A stretch of DNA of 64,000 nucleotides from positions 8,456 to 72,455 of the forward strand of contig CAZSWA010000005.1 of NCBI GenBank assembly GCA_964610465.1, in the 5' to 3' direction. The DNA is from an uncultured Gammaproteobacteria bacterium. GTDB taxonomy: Bacteria > Patescibacteriota > Microgenomatia > Levybacterales > UBA12049. Under the pieces are notes generated by a model. That model was not told the DNA's origin. It did not search any database and was given only the letters and a program-made list of their open reading frames with translations. Within the stretch, counting starts at the first letter, position 1; every line of letters starts with the position of its first letter. Made by a program: the position numbers and the translations under genes. Of the stretch, positions 18,162 to 27,778 are shown piece after piece.

Positions 18162-19289
18162 ATGGATATTAATGGGAAAACGCAGTCGTCTTCTGGAGAT
18201 TCTTCATCTCAAAATGCAGGTGATCACGGTGAATCATATGATCAGGTAAGACATCTTGGAGAACTTGTGGAAAATGCTGAGTTGCCAGATGATCTAAAGC
18301 AAACTTTAAATGATAGAATTTCGCGTCTTGCACTTATCCGCTCAAGCTCCGGCTTTATGAGTACTACGTACATATTGGAATATGAGAGCACATCTTCCTA
18401 TATAAACTGGATTGTTGGACTTCCCTGGGATAAAAGCAGCAAAGATATTCTTGATTTACAAAAAGCAAAGGAAATCCTTGATAAAAATCATTTTGGATTG
18501 GAAGGTATAAAAAGCAGAATTCTTGAATATCTTGCAACCATTATTCTTAATACCAAAAACAATACCAAAGAGAATTTGCAGCATGCGCCTATTCTTTGTA
18601 TCATCGGACTTGCAGGAACAGGAAAAACGACCTTGGCAAAATCAATTGCAGAAGCATTGGGGAGAAACTTTGAGAGAATTCCGTTTGGAGGTATGGCAGA
18701 CTCACGTGCTTTAAGAGGCCAATCGCGAGCCTTTGCGGATGCAGAACCTGGCTCAATTATCAAAAAATTGGTGCATGCCAAAACCAATAATCCCGTGATT
18801 CTTCTTGATGAACTGGATAGGGTTACTGAATCTGCACGTGCAGATATTATGGGAGTACTTCTTGAAGTGCTTGACCCTGGACAAAATACAGCATTTACTG
18901 ATCATTATATTGATTATCCATTTAATCTTTCTCAAGTTTTATTTGTCGCAACAGGGAATAATACTACTAATATTTCAACTGCTGTTCTTGATAGACTTGA
19001 TATTTTACAAATGCCTTCCTACACTGATGAAGAAAAACTGGTGATTGGGGAGAAATATCTTTTTGAGAGGATTCGTAGAGAAGTTGGGCTTACTCCACAA
19101 CAACTGCAAGTTGATGAAAATGTCTGGCCCAATGTCATCAGACCTCTTGGATTTGATTCAGGAATCAGAAGCTTAGAACGTACTATAAATGGAGTATGTA
19201 GAAAAGCAGCACGGCTTATTGTTGAAGGAAGTGCACAAAATATACGGATAACTCCTGAGAATGTGAAAGAATTTCTCCCGAGTTGGTAA
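18162..19289 (+). CDS. Lon-like AAA+ ATPase module only. It lacks the N-terminal LAN substrate-binding domain and the entire C-terminal S16 protease domain.
   Basis: Collinear with the Lon ATPase region: LPWDKSSKDILDLQKAKEILDKNHFGLEGIKSRILEYLA, Walker A GLAGTGKTTLAKSIAEALGRNFERIPFGGMADSRALRGQSRAF, Walker B ILLDELDRV. The ORF stops where the Lon protease domain would begin. The next gene is RNase J. Confidence 0.75.
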   Translation: MDINGKTQSSSGDSSSQNAGDHGESYDQVRHLGELVENAELPDDLKQTLNDRISRLALIRSSSGFMSTTYILEYESTSSYINWIVGLPWDKSSKDILDLQKAKEILDKNHFGLEGIKSRILEYLATIILNTKNNTKENLQHAPILCIIGLAGTGKTTLAKSIAEALGRNFERIPFGGMADSRALRGQSRAFADAEPGSIIKKLVHAKTNNPVILLDELDRVTESARADIMGVLLEVLDPGQNTAFTDHYIDYPFNLSQVLFVATGNNTTNISTAVLDRLDILQMPSYTDEEKLVIGEKYLFERIRREVGLTPQQLQVDENVWPNVIRPLGFDSGIRSLERTINGVCRKAARLIVEGSAQNIRITPENVKEFLPSW

Positions 19290-19350
19290 CTGGCGCCTTT
19301 TTTCTACTTGTGAAAGTTCAACGATATCAGTATACTGTACAACATAAAAT

Positions 19351-21036
19351 ATGGTTGATGAAATAACTACTGTTCCCCAAAAAGAAGATACTGTTTCATT
19401 TATCCCTCTTGGTGGAATTGAAGATGTAACTCGCAATATGTATCTGTATATTTACAAAGATCAAATACTGATAGTAGATTGTGGGCTAGGGTTTCCTGAT
19501 GAAACAATGCTTGGGGTTGATTTATTGCTTCCTGATATTTCTTATTTATTAAATACCACTAAAAAAATCGTTGGAATGGTTTTGACTCATGGACATGAAG
19601 ATCATATTGGCGGTTTGCCTTTTATCTTGCCGCAATTGCCGTCCTTTCCAATTTATGCCAGTCCGCTGACTGCAGCACTTGCCAATGAAAAACTAATAGA
19701 GTTTAGTCTAGCTCCATCCGTTCAAACAGTGCCATTTGATAGCGGAGATATAAAAATTGGTGATTTTACTACGTCTTTTCTTAGAGTAACCCATTCAGTT
19801 CCGGATAGTGCCAATATTGTCATTAAAACTCCTGTTGGGAATTTGTTTCATGGAAGTGACTTCAAATTTGATTTGACTCCTGCTGACGGGAAAAGAACGG
19901 AATTCTCAAAAATACTCAAAGCTTCAGAAGAACAAGTGCTTTGTCTTATGTCTGACTGTTTGGGAAGTGAAAGATCAGGATTTACACCATCTGAGGAAAT
20001 GCTTGAACAAAATTTTGAGCGGGAAATGCGTGAATGCAAAGGCAAATTTATCATTACTACCTATTCATCCAATGTCTCACGTCTTAATCAAGCCATACAA
20101 GTTGCACAAAGACTTAACAGAAAAGTATGTTTTGTAGGACGCTCGCTTGTGAAAGTCAAACTTATTGGACAAAAGATGGGGTACCTCGCCCTGAATAAAG
20201 GAACAGAGGTAGCAATTGATGAATTATATAAATATAAAGATAATCAACTTCTTCTTCTGGTTGCAGGAAGTCAAGGGCAGGAAAATTCCGCAATGTCGCG
20301 CATTGCAGAAGGTGAACATAAGGAAATAAAACTTACTCCACAGGATGTAGTAGTTTTTTCATCTGATCCAATACCAGGCAATGAAGTAGCAATTAATGCG
20401 CTCGTTGATACTATTTCCAAAAGGGGAGCACGTGTTGTCTCATCTGCTAATTCACACGAAATCTTTCATGTCTCAGGGCATGGCTCATCAGGTGATCATA
20501 TGCTTCTTATTGCCCTTACCAAACCTCGTTTTATGGTTCCAATATCAGGCACGTATCGGCAGATGGTCAACTATCGGGACCTGACCCAAAAAATGGGATA
20601 TAAAAGGAGTGACTTATTCCTTATTGAAAACGGCCAGGAAGTGGTATTTGGAAAAAATTCCATGAAACTTGGAAATTTAATTGATATTAAAAATGTATAT
20701 GTAGATGAAATGTCAGGAGAGGAACTTGAAAATTTCGTCATAAGAGATAGAGAAAAGCTTGGTAAGGAAGGAATCGTCATTGTAATGGCAGAAATTAATG
20801 CGTCAAACGGAAGACTTGCCAGCAAACCGGAATTTATTATGCGCGGGTTTGTATTGCAGGATGATAAACTCTCGTCATCTCTTATGAAAGAGATGGAGAA
20901 AAGTTTTGCAAACTACAAGGGAAGAGTATCTAATTGGCCGCATATGAGAAAACTGGTTGGTGATACCACAGAGCGGTTCCTCTACAAACGCTATCATCGC
21001 CGTCCACTCGTCATCCCCGTTATCATAGAGGTCTAA
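19351..21036 (+). CDS. rnj: Ribonuclease J (metallo-beta-lactamase / beta-CASP family)
   Basis: HxHxDH motif LTHGHEDHIGGLPF. Size and layout typical of RNase J. Confidence 0.85.
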   Translation: MVDEITTVPQKEDTVSFIPLGGIEDVTRNMYLYIYKDQILIVDCGLGFPDETMLGVDLLLPDISYLLNTTKKIVGMVLTHGHEDHIGGLPFILPQLPSFPIYASPLTAALANEKLIEFSLAPSVQTVPFDSGDIKIGDFTTSFLRVTHSVPDSANIVIKTPVGNLFHGSDFKFDLTPADGKRTEFSKILKASEEQVLCLMSDCLGSERSGFTPSEEMLEQNFEREMRECKGKFIITTYSSNVSRLNQAIQVAQRLNRKVCFVGRSLVKVKLIGQKMGYLALNKGTEVAIDELYKYKDNQLLLLVAGSQGQENSAMSRIAEGEHKEIKLTPQDVVVFSSDPIPGNEVAINALVDTISKRGARVVSSANSHEIFHVSGHGSSGDHMLLIALTKPRFMVPISGTYRQMVNYRDLTQKMGYKRSDLFLIENGQEVVFGKNSMKLGNLIDIKNVYVDEMSGEELENFVIRDREKLGKEGIVIVMAEINASNGRLASKPEFIMRGFVLQDDKLSSSLMKEMEKSFANYKGRVSNWPHMRKLVGDTTERFLYKRYHRRPLVIPVIIEV

Positions 21037-21063
21037 GACAAAATTTGATATAGTTAAGTAAGT

Positions 21064-23085
21064 ATGGAAAACCAGGATGCAGGTTTTGCGGTCGCTACAG
21101 CAGATAGACAAAAATCACATGAAACAGAAACTGATACAAAAGATTTCAATGGGTTCCATGCACGGCTTCTTATCGGTGGAGAAGCCATAAATCCTGACAA
21201 GACTGATTTACCTCTTTTATCAGAAGATTCTTTACATCCAGAAGGCACGTATACAGTTTTGCAAAAAGCTTCAGATAACGAGCGGCTAGAGCATTGGCAA
21301 AGGAAAGGTATTACCAAATTTGAAGATCAAAAGACAAATTGGATAGAGAGTTTTAAAAAATCGATAGATGCTAAAAAAGATTTTTTTACGAATGCAGGAA
21401 AAGAACAAGCTGACCTATATCTAAAGCTTGGAATAGATGTTCAAAGTTTTACTGATGAACAAGCGGAAAATTTTTATAAGAACTATTTCACCGGAGAAAA
21501 TAAAAACTCTCAAATAGATAAATTTATTAATGATATAAAGAATGCGTATACAGAAAATGGCACACTAAATCGTGAAGCTTTAATGCGAAATATTGAAGGG
21601 ATAAAATGGTTGGCAAATGTATTTGGGAGCAATTCTGCAGAAATTATAAAACACGTAACTGATTTTACCACGAGAAATGAAGAAGAAATACGTGAGTCTT
21701 TAAATAGTGTGAATAAAGAAGTAGAGGAAAATGGAAAAAAAGGGCCACGAATTAATATACTTAATTCGTATGAAAAAGAGTTGCTTGCATTTTTATGGAA
21801 ACATGGAAAACCAACTCCTCAGCCAGAACCACAAACAGCACAGCAACATCAACCTGAAGCCACACAAATGCAAAATCCAATTCCTCCAGAAGCAGCACCT
21901 GTAATACAGAATGTTGAGGAATCGTCAGTGTTGGAAGAATTTCCTGAAGCAGAACGTGCGAATGCAGCTTCATATATTGATACGTTAAAAATATTATTGA
22001 ATAATATGCCAGAAAAAAAGCAAGAAGAGTCCTTTCTATTTAAGAAAATATACGATGAGCATCAAGGGAATATGGAAGCATGGGTAAAATCTTTATTAGA
22101 ATTTTATAAAATTAGTTCAAACGGTTCAAGTTACGTGCTTTCAATTTTAAGAAACCATATAGGAGAAGTAACACAATTAGTTGGAGGAGAATTTAGGGCA
22201 AAAGCGCTTATCGCAGAGGTACATCGAAAAGAAAAATTAAGTAATCAGGAACCTCAAGAACAAACAGGTGAAGTAAGGAGAACAATAAAACGACATATAA
22301 GACATATTGCCAAAAAAATACTTCCAGCAGAACGCAGAGCTGCAGTTGATAGAAAAACAATCAAAGAAAATCTTCGCTATCTATTCGATAACTATGGAAT
22401 TATTGTAAATATTGGAAGCGCTACTCAAGGAGATGTTGCTCCAACATTTAAAGAAGTTGATATTTCAGAAGCAGCAAAGGCTTTAAGAGCATTAAAAGAA
22501 GAAATAGCAGAATACCCTCGTGAGTATATTGATAATTGTCATTTAGGAAGAATAAGAATTGGAAGTAAAGTTTCTATGACGACTGAAAAAAGTGCAGCAG
22601 AACCTGTAGGTGGTTTTGCAGATTGGCGAGAAGGAGAAAAAAGGCAACTATATTTAGCCTTAGAAGAGTCAGATTCAGCTGATTCAGATCATTTTAGATC
22701 TTCAGTTCATCATGAGCTCTTCCATATGAGTGATAAAAATTTAGAACATAGTTTTGAAGAAATTGATGAAGAGTGGAGTAGATTAAATCCTGGAGGGAAA
22801 TCTGATTATTTAAGACGCGGTTATAGCGTATGGCACGACCCCAACAGCACAACACAACAAACTGAGCGTTCGTCAGGGTTTGCAAATGCATACGGAAAAG
22901 AAAATGAATGGGAAGATAGAGCTACTGTTGCAGAACTCTTGATGACAAATCCGAAGGAAGCAGAACGATTAGCAGAAGAAGATCCGGTATTAAAAGCAAA
23001 AATTGAAAAAATAAAAGAACTCTATAAACAAAGAAGTAACGGGAAAATGGATGATGAATATTTTAGAAACCTTGCATATAAATAG
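21064..23085 (+). CDS. Hypothetical cytoplasmic protein with a C-terminal zincin-like HExxH motif (HHELFHMSDKNLEHSF), reminiscent of the DUF45/SprT/WLM pattern. Function unknown.
   Basis: Long ORF with no signal peptide. A single HELFH with a downstream EHS..F and acidic residues. Central P/Q-rich linker. Confidence 0.5.
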   Translation: MENQDAGFAVATADRQKSHETETDTKDFNGFHARLLIGGEAINPDKTDLPLLSEDSLHPEGTYTVLQKASDNERLEHWQRKGITKFEDQKTNWIESFKKSIDAKKDFFTNAGKEQADLYLKLGIDVQSFTDEQAENFYKNYFTGENKNSQIDKFINDIKNAYTENGTLNREALMRNIEGIKWLANVFGSNSAEIIKHVTDFTTRNEEEIRESLNSVNKEVEENGKKGPRINILNSYEKELLAFLWKHGKPTPQPEPQTAQQHQPEATQMQNPIPPEAAPVIQNVEESSVLEEFPEAERANAASYIDTLKILLNNMPEKKQEESFLFKKIYDEHQGNMEAWVKSLLEFYKISSNGSSYVLSILRNHIGEVTQLVGGEFRAKALIAEVHRKEKLSNQEPQEQTGEVRRTIKRHIRHIAKKILPAERRAAVDRKTIKENLRYLFDNYGIIVNIGSATQGDVAPTFKEVDISEAAKALRALKEEIAEYPREYIDNCHLGRIRIGSKVSMTTEKSAAEPVGGFADWREGEKRQLYLALEESDSADSDHFRSSVHHELFHMSDKNLEHSFEEIDEEWSRLNPGGKSDYLRRGYSVWHDPNSTTQQTERSSGFANAYGKENEWEDRATVAELLMTNPKEAERLAEEDPVLKAKIEKIKELYKQRSNGKMDDEYFRNLAYK

Positions 23086-23197
23086 TTTCATCTAAACGGG
23101 ATTTTCGAGATCTCTCGCTGATGCTCGAGATGACAAAATTATGTCAGAAGTGTGAACTTTTACAATACTCTGGAAATTTTGTCAAATTCGGCAATTT

Positions 23198-25393
23198 GTG
23201 TTATTATTTTTATCACTCTATAATAGGATTATGGGTTTTAAAAAGAGGAGTTCCAGAAGAAAAGGTAAGTTTAAGCTTAAGAAGAAAACTGTCTATACGA
23301 TATTTGGTATTGGTTTTATCATCGCAGGTATTATCCTCCTTGTTTCCTTTTTCAATACAGGTGATTCAGCAATGAGACTTCATACAAAACTGACTGACAG
23401 TTTTGGTTTCTTAGCTTTTTTTGCTCCTTTTGTCCTTATCTTTTTTGGTTTTCTTTTCTTGCATCTTAAAATGTATATCTCAAGACTCAATGTGCCAATT
23501 GGCTATACACTTTTTTTTGCTTCACTTCTTGGACTTATGCGGACAGGAGCAGTAGGAGATAGAGTCTCACAAGTGTTTACTGAAATTTTGACCAGAACAG
23601 GTGCTGATCTTATCTTTATCGGCGGACTTTTGGTTGGAACAATTGTATTTTTTGATACTTCAATGGATGATATTTTCCAAGTATTTATGTCTATTGGCAA
23701 GACGATTCCTAAATTATTTCCAAGAAAAGTATTTGTAGGCGGAAACGGGAAGAAAGAAAAAGCAATGCTTGATAGAAGCAAACCAATTACCATAAAAGGC
23801 GGAGGGCAAAAAGAAGAATTCGCTCCAGCAATGGCTGCTGTAAAAACAGCACGTGCAACAGTGCCTTTACCTAACATTAATAAAAAAGAAGTAGAGCTTC
23901 TTCCTGAAAAACTCGTGAGTAACGTCTTATCAGGAACTGCAGGAGGAATCTGGGAATATCCGCCTCTTTCACTTCTTTCAGATGATGCAGGAAAAAAAGC
24001 AGAAAGAGGAGATATTAATAAAATTGCATCAACGATTGAGAAAACGCTTCAGAGTTTTGGTATTGATGCGCGTGTTGCAGAAGTCAATCTTGGCCCTGCA
24101 GTTACTCAGTATGCACTCGAAATTGCATTAGGTACCAAAGTATCCAAAATCACCTCTCTTGCCAATGATTTAGCGCTTGCAACAGAGGCGCCCACAGGAC
24201 AAATCCGTATTGAAGCACCTATCCCAGGACGCAATCTAATCGGTATTGAAATCCCAAATCGCTCTTTGGAACTTGTACCGCTTCGGGTGATGCTTGCCTC
24301 AACTGTTATGCAAAAAAGCAAATCAAAACTTACGGTTTCTTTAGGTCTTGATGTATCTGGAAACCCAGTGGTCGCAGATATTGCCAAGATGCCACATGTA
24401 CTGGTTGCGGGAACTACGGGTTCCGGAAAATCAGTGCTTATCAATGCATTTATCTCTTCATTATTATTTAGAGCTTCTCCTCAAGAGGTAAGGCTTATTT
24501 TAATTGATCCAAAACGGGTTGAATTTACAGGATATAATGGGATTCCCCATCTTTTAACACCTGTCATTGTAGAACCTGAAAAAATTCTTTCAGCATTAAA
24601 ATGGGCAATGCATGAAATGGATAAGCGGTATAAATTATTTGCAGAACGCGGAGTCAGAAATATTGACGCATACAATGAATTATCAGGATTTCAAGCACTT
24701 CCGTATATTGTCATATTTATTGACGAACTTGCTGATCTTATGATGTTTGCGCCGGTTGAGGTCGAAGACGCTATCGCACGGCTTGCCCAAATGGCTCGTG
24801 CAACAGGAATTCATCTGGTTATTGCAACACAGAGACCATCTGTGAATGTAATTACAGGACTTATCAAAGCCAATATTCCCTGCCGTATTGCGTTTAGCGT
24901 TTCATCTATGATTGACTCACGTGTTATTATTGATTCACCAGGAGCTGAAAAATTATTAGGACGGGGAGATATGCTTTATATCCCTCCCGATCAAGCCAAA
25001 CCCACTCGTATTCAAGGTGCATATATTGAAAAAGAAGTCAAAAAGTTAGTTGATTATCTTAAATCCAAAAATTATCCTGTTGAATATACAGAAGAAGTGA
25101 CAAGTCAACCGCTCCCTCTCAAAAAAGGCGGAGCAGGCAGTACTTCATCAACAGGCGCTGATGGACGTGATGAACAGCTTGAGGAAGCAATACGAACGGT
25201 CTGTCAATTCAATACTGCCTCTGCATCATTTTTACAGCGAAAAATGTCAGTTGGATATGCGCGAGCAGCACGAATTCTTGATCAATTGGAGGAATTAGGA
25301 ATTGTCGGGCCTGCTGAAGGAGCAAAGCCAAGAGATGTATTGGTGAGAAACGCTGAAGAATATATCGCAAATTTACATCAACAGAACCAATAA
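23198..25393 (+). CDS. ftsK: DNA translocase FtsK/SpoIIIE (N-terminal TM helices, motor domain, C-terminal winged-helix gamma domain).
   Basis: Walker A VAGTTGSGKSVLINAFI, Walker B IVIFIDELADLMM, gamma domain FLQRKMSVGYARAARILDQLEELGIV. Confidence 0.9.
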   Translation: MLLFLSLYNRIMGFKKRSSRRKGKFKLKKKTVYTIFGIGFIIAGIILLVSFFNTGDSAMRLHTKLTDSFGFLAFFAPFVLIFFGFLFLHLKMYISRLNVPIGYTLFFASLLGLMRTGAVGDRVSQVFTEILTRTGADLIFIGGLLVGTIVFFDTSMDDIFQVFMSIGKTIPKLFPRKVFVGGNGKKEKAMLDRSKPITIKGGGQKEEFAPAMAAVKTARATVPLPNINKKEVELLPEKLVSNVLSGTAGGIWEYPPLSLLSDDAGKKAERGDINKIASTIEKTLQSFGIDARVAEVNLGPAVTQYALEIALGTKVSKITSLANDLALATEAPTGQIRIEAPIPGRNLIGIEIPNRSLELVPLRVMLASTVMQKSKSKLTVSLGLDVSGNPVVADIAKMPHVLVAGTTGSGKSVLINAFISSLLFRASPQEVRLILIDPKRVEFTGYNGIPHLLTPVIVEPEKILSALKWAMHEMDKRYKLFAERGVRNIDAYNELSGFQALPYIVIFIDELADLMMFAPVEVEDAIARLAQMARATGIHLVIATQRPSVNVITGLIKANIPCRIAFSVSSMIDSRVIIDSPGAEKLLGRGDMLYIPPDQAKPTRIQGAYIEKEVKKLVDYLKSKNYPVEYTEEVTSQPLPLKKGGAGSTSSTGADGRDEQLEEAIRTVCQFNTASASFLQRKMSVGYARAARILDQLEELGIVGPAEGAKPRDVLVRNAEEYIANLHQQNQ

Positions 25394-25424
25394 AGTTAAA
25401 GCTGCTGTTTAAGATTTTTACACT

Positions 25425-26054
25425 ATGATTACAGTAGGACAAAAATTGCGTGATGAACGCATCCATAGAAAACTTTCTCTTGAAGAAGTATCAGAAGCAA
25501 CCCGTATTCAGGAAAAATTTCTTGCTGCAATAGAAAAAGGAGAATATAATAAGCTTCCCTCTGCTGCCTATGCGCAAGGATTTGTCAAAAACTATGCACA
25601 GTATCTTGGTGTACCCAAAAAAGAAATAGGGGCACTTTTTAAACGTGAATTTGACGAAGAAAAAATCTACAGAGTTCTTCCTGAAAGTTTGGCAAGAGTG
25701 AAAGAATATCCGCTCAAGGGAATACGGGTACAACAATCATTTATCATTGCTGGTATTGTACTTATCGCAATAGCATTTTATTTACTTTTCCAGTATAGGT
25801 ATGTTTTTATCGCACCGCCTCTTTCACTTACTTCGCCTCAAGACACAAAAATTACCTCAAAAGTAGTAACTGTTTCAGGAACTACAGACTCTAATGCAAT
25901 AGTTTTTATTAATACCTATTCAGTACCGGTAAACACGAAAGGAGAATTTACCAAACGTTTTAATGTATTTCCGGGAAAAGTGACTATCACTGTTACAGCA
26001 AAGAGTAGATTTGGCAAAGAAGCAGTAGTGCAAAAAATACTTCAGGTACAATAA
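25425..26054 (+). CDS. rodZ: RodZ-like cytoskeleton protein (XRE-type HTH, single TM, C-terminal domain).
   Basis: N-terminus LRDERIHRKLSLEEVSEATRIQEKFLAAIEKGEYNKLPSAAYAQGFVKNYAQYLGV matches the RodZ HTH region. TM segment IIAGIVLIAIAFYLLF. Confidence 0.6.
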   Translation: MITVGQKLRDERIHRKLSLEEVSEATRIQEKFLAAIEKGEYNKLPSAAYAQGFVKNYAQYLGVPKKEIGALFKREFDEEKIYRVLPESLARVKEYPLKGIRVQQSFIIAGIVLIAIAFYLLFQYRYVFIAPPLSLTSPQDTKITSKVVTVSGTTDSNAIVFINTYSVPVNTKGEFTKRFNVFPGKVTITVTAKSRFGKEAVVQKILQVQ

Positions 26055-26094
26055 AACGTTCTTACCCTTCTCTTTCTTGACATAGTTAAGTTTC

Positions 26095-26412
26095 TTGCGA
26101 TATGGTATATATATGGACTCAGTTCAGCTTGTGTTACTTTTTGTGATAGTAGTACTTGCCATAATGCTGGTACTTCTGGGAGTACAGGTATTTTTTATCC
26201 TTATGGAAATTAGAAGAACGGTAATGAAGGCAAATAAACTTTTGGATAATGCTGATACAATAACTCAAAGTATTCAAGGTCCGCTTTCAGCATTCTCATC
26301 CATTGCGCTTGGGTTTAAGGCAACTTCATTTATTGCAGTGGCAAAAATTATCAAAAGTCTTCTTGGCAAAGAAGAAGATTCACATGAGGGGCATCATCAC
26401 CACAAGGAGTAA
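26095..26412 (+). CDS. Small membrane protein (DUF948-like) with a His-rich C-terminus
   Basis: N-terminal TM segment plus a coiled region. Ends EGHHHHKE. Paired with a YtxH-like ORF downstream, as ytxG/ytxH are in Firmicutes. Confidence 0.35.
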   Translation: MRYGIYMDSVQLVLLFVIVVLAIMLVLLGVQVFFILMEIRRTVMKANKLLDNADTITQSIQGPLSAFSSIALGFKATSFIAVAKIIKSLLGKEEDSHEGHHHHKE

Positions 26413-26417
26413 CTGCT

Positions 26418-26864
26418 ATGGATAACACACATCATGAGGGAAACAATCTAGGAAATGGTTTTGTATTGGGAGTAGTAGTAGGCGTAGTGATTGCGCTTCT
26501 TTTTAGTACCAAGAAAGGAAGGGAGATTTTACGGACACTTACTGAAGAGGGACTGAGTAAAGTGTCAAATCTTGAGGATTTGCTCAAAGAAGAATCAGAA
26601 CTGGAAGAAGAAGATACAGATGTTGATGGTGATGATTATATACAACCTGAAGAACAGAAAGAAATTCGTTACCTTGCATCTGAAGAAGCTCATCAGGAAA
26701 AAGAAGAACTTTCTGAGACACTAACACAAGCTGAGGAGAGACACAGTGTTCACGAAGCCCATGAAGAGAAAAGAGAGACTGAAAGTGAAAATAAAACAAA
26801 TGGAGGAGTACATAGAGTTAAAAAACTTCCCCGCTTCTTCAGAGGAATCCCAAAGAAAAGCTAA
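26418..26864 (+). CDS. YtxH-like membrane protein with an acidic coiled C-terminus
   Basis: GFVLGVVVGVVIALLFSTKKGREILR resembles the YtxH-domain N-terminus. Confidence 0.4.
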   Translation: MDNTHHEGNNLGNGFVLGVVVGVVIALLFSTKKGREILRTLTEEGLSKVSNLEDLLKEESELEEEDTDVDGDDYIQPEEQKEIRYLASEEAHQEKEELSETLTQAEERHSVHEAHEEKRETESENKTNGGVHRVKKLPRFFRGIPKKS

Positions 26865-26946
26865 AATTTTCTAACAAGACCTCCTCTTGTGTAACTATTT
26901 CAGGAATTGAAGAATTTGTTGATTTCAAAAATATTATTTGCTATAA

Positions 26947-27777
26947 ATGATCATTCCTTATCAAGAAGAACAACGTCTTCAATTTTCAAGAGAATCACAA
27001 GTAAGACAAGAAACTGAACTAAAACTTTCTCCGCAAACCTTTTACGCACTTAGAATTCATACACCTCAACAGATAAACATTGCAGAGCAAGTATCATCAT
27101 GGCATAGTAGATATGGGTACGACTCACGAAATGTAGAACAAATAGATGAAAAGACGTGGAAAATATGGGAAACAACTAAAGTCGTGGATGCAAATGAGGA
27201 AGGGATAATCTTAGAGCAAATTGGTATTAATGGAGAAAGACAACCTCTTAGACGAATGACGATAGAAAATACTTCTTATATTCGAGGAGAACAAAATAAA
27301 AAAGGAACAGATTTAACAATTGTTTCAGAAAACGAAGATGCAACGTTCTCAACGGAATCCTTTTTCAGAAATATCTATTACCCTACAAGAAGAGCTGGGT
27401 TAGATATAGTGAGGAAAAGAAATCAGGGAGCATCCCTTCAAGCAATACATTTATATAATGTGCAAACAGGTGATGAGAGAGATATATACTTAGGTAGGAG
27501 ACTAAAACTTGGTACTAGCGCAAAAATATATCCAGGACTTCGTGTCCTTGACTACACTATCGAAGCGGACGTTGATGAATCTCCTTTAAAAATGACAACA
27601 CTTAGTGTTGACAAATTGTCACAATCGATAGTATTTTCTGCAGACTCAAGTACTTTGTTTACCCCAAGCACTGAAGCAGCAATTATAAATAGCGCGTTTG
27701 CATTAACTGATAAAGTATATAGAGGTGAAAGAGTAATTGCGCCTAGGGGAGAAATATTTAATCCTTCAAATAAATAA
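26947..27777 (+). CDS. Hypothetical protein
   Basis: 276-aa ORF in a coding-dense context. No recognisable motif. Confidence 0.4.
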   Translation: MIIPYQEEQRLQFSRESQVRQETELKLSPQTFYALRIHTPQQINIAEQVSSWHSRYGYDSRNVEQIDEKTWKIWETTKVVDANEEGIILEQIGINGERQPLRRMTIENTSYIRGEQNKKGTDLTIVSENEDATFSTESFFRNIYYPTRRAGLDIVRKRNQGASLQAIHLYNVQTGDERDIYLGRRLKLGTSAKIYPGLRVLDYTIEADVDESPLKMTTLSVDKLSQSIVFSADSSTLFTPSTEAAIINSAFALTDKVYRGERVIAPRGEIFNPSNK

Positions 27778-27778
27778 T

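Noticed and set aside
17985-18162. Stem-loop gaagcatccc...gggatcttc after pnp as a confident rho-independent terminator
   Set aside because: The dyad exists, but the stem is imperfect and it is not followed by a clear T-run. It is plausible but not strong enough to list as a feature.
23121-23375. ORF 23121..23375(+) overlapping the ftsK 5' end
   Set aside because: It is an alternative frame overlapping the FtsK N-terminal TM region. The FtsK frame is supported by TM helices and downstream motifs.
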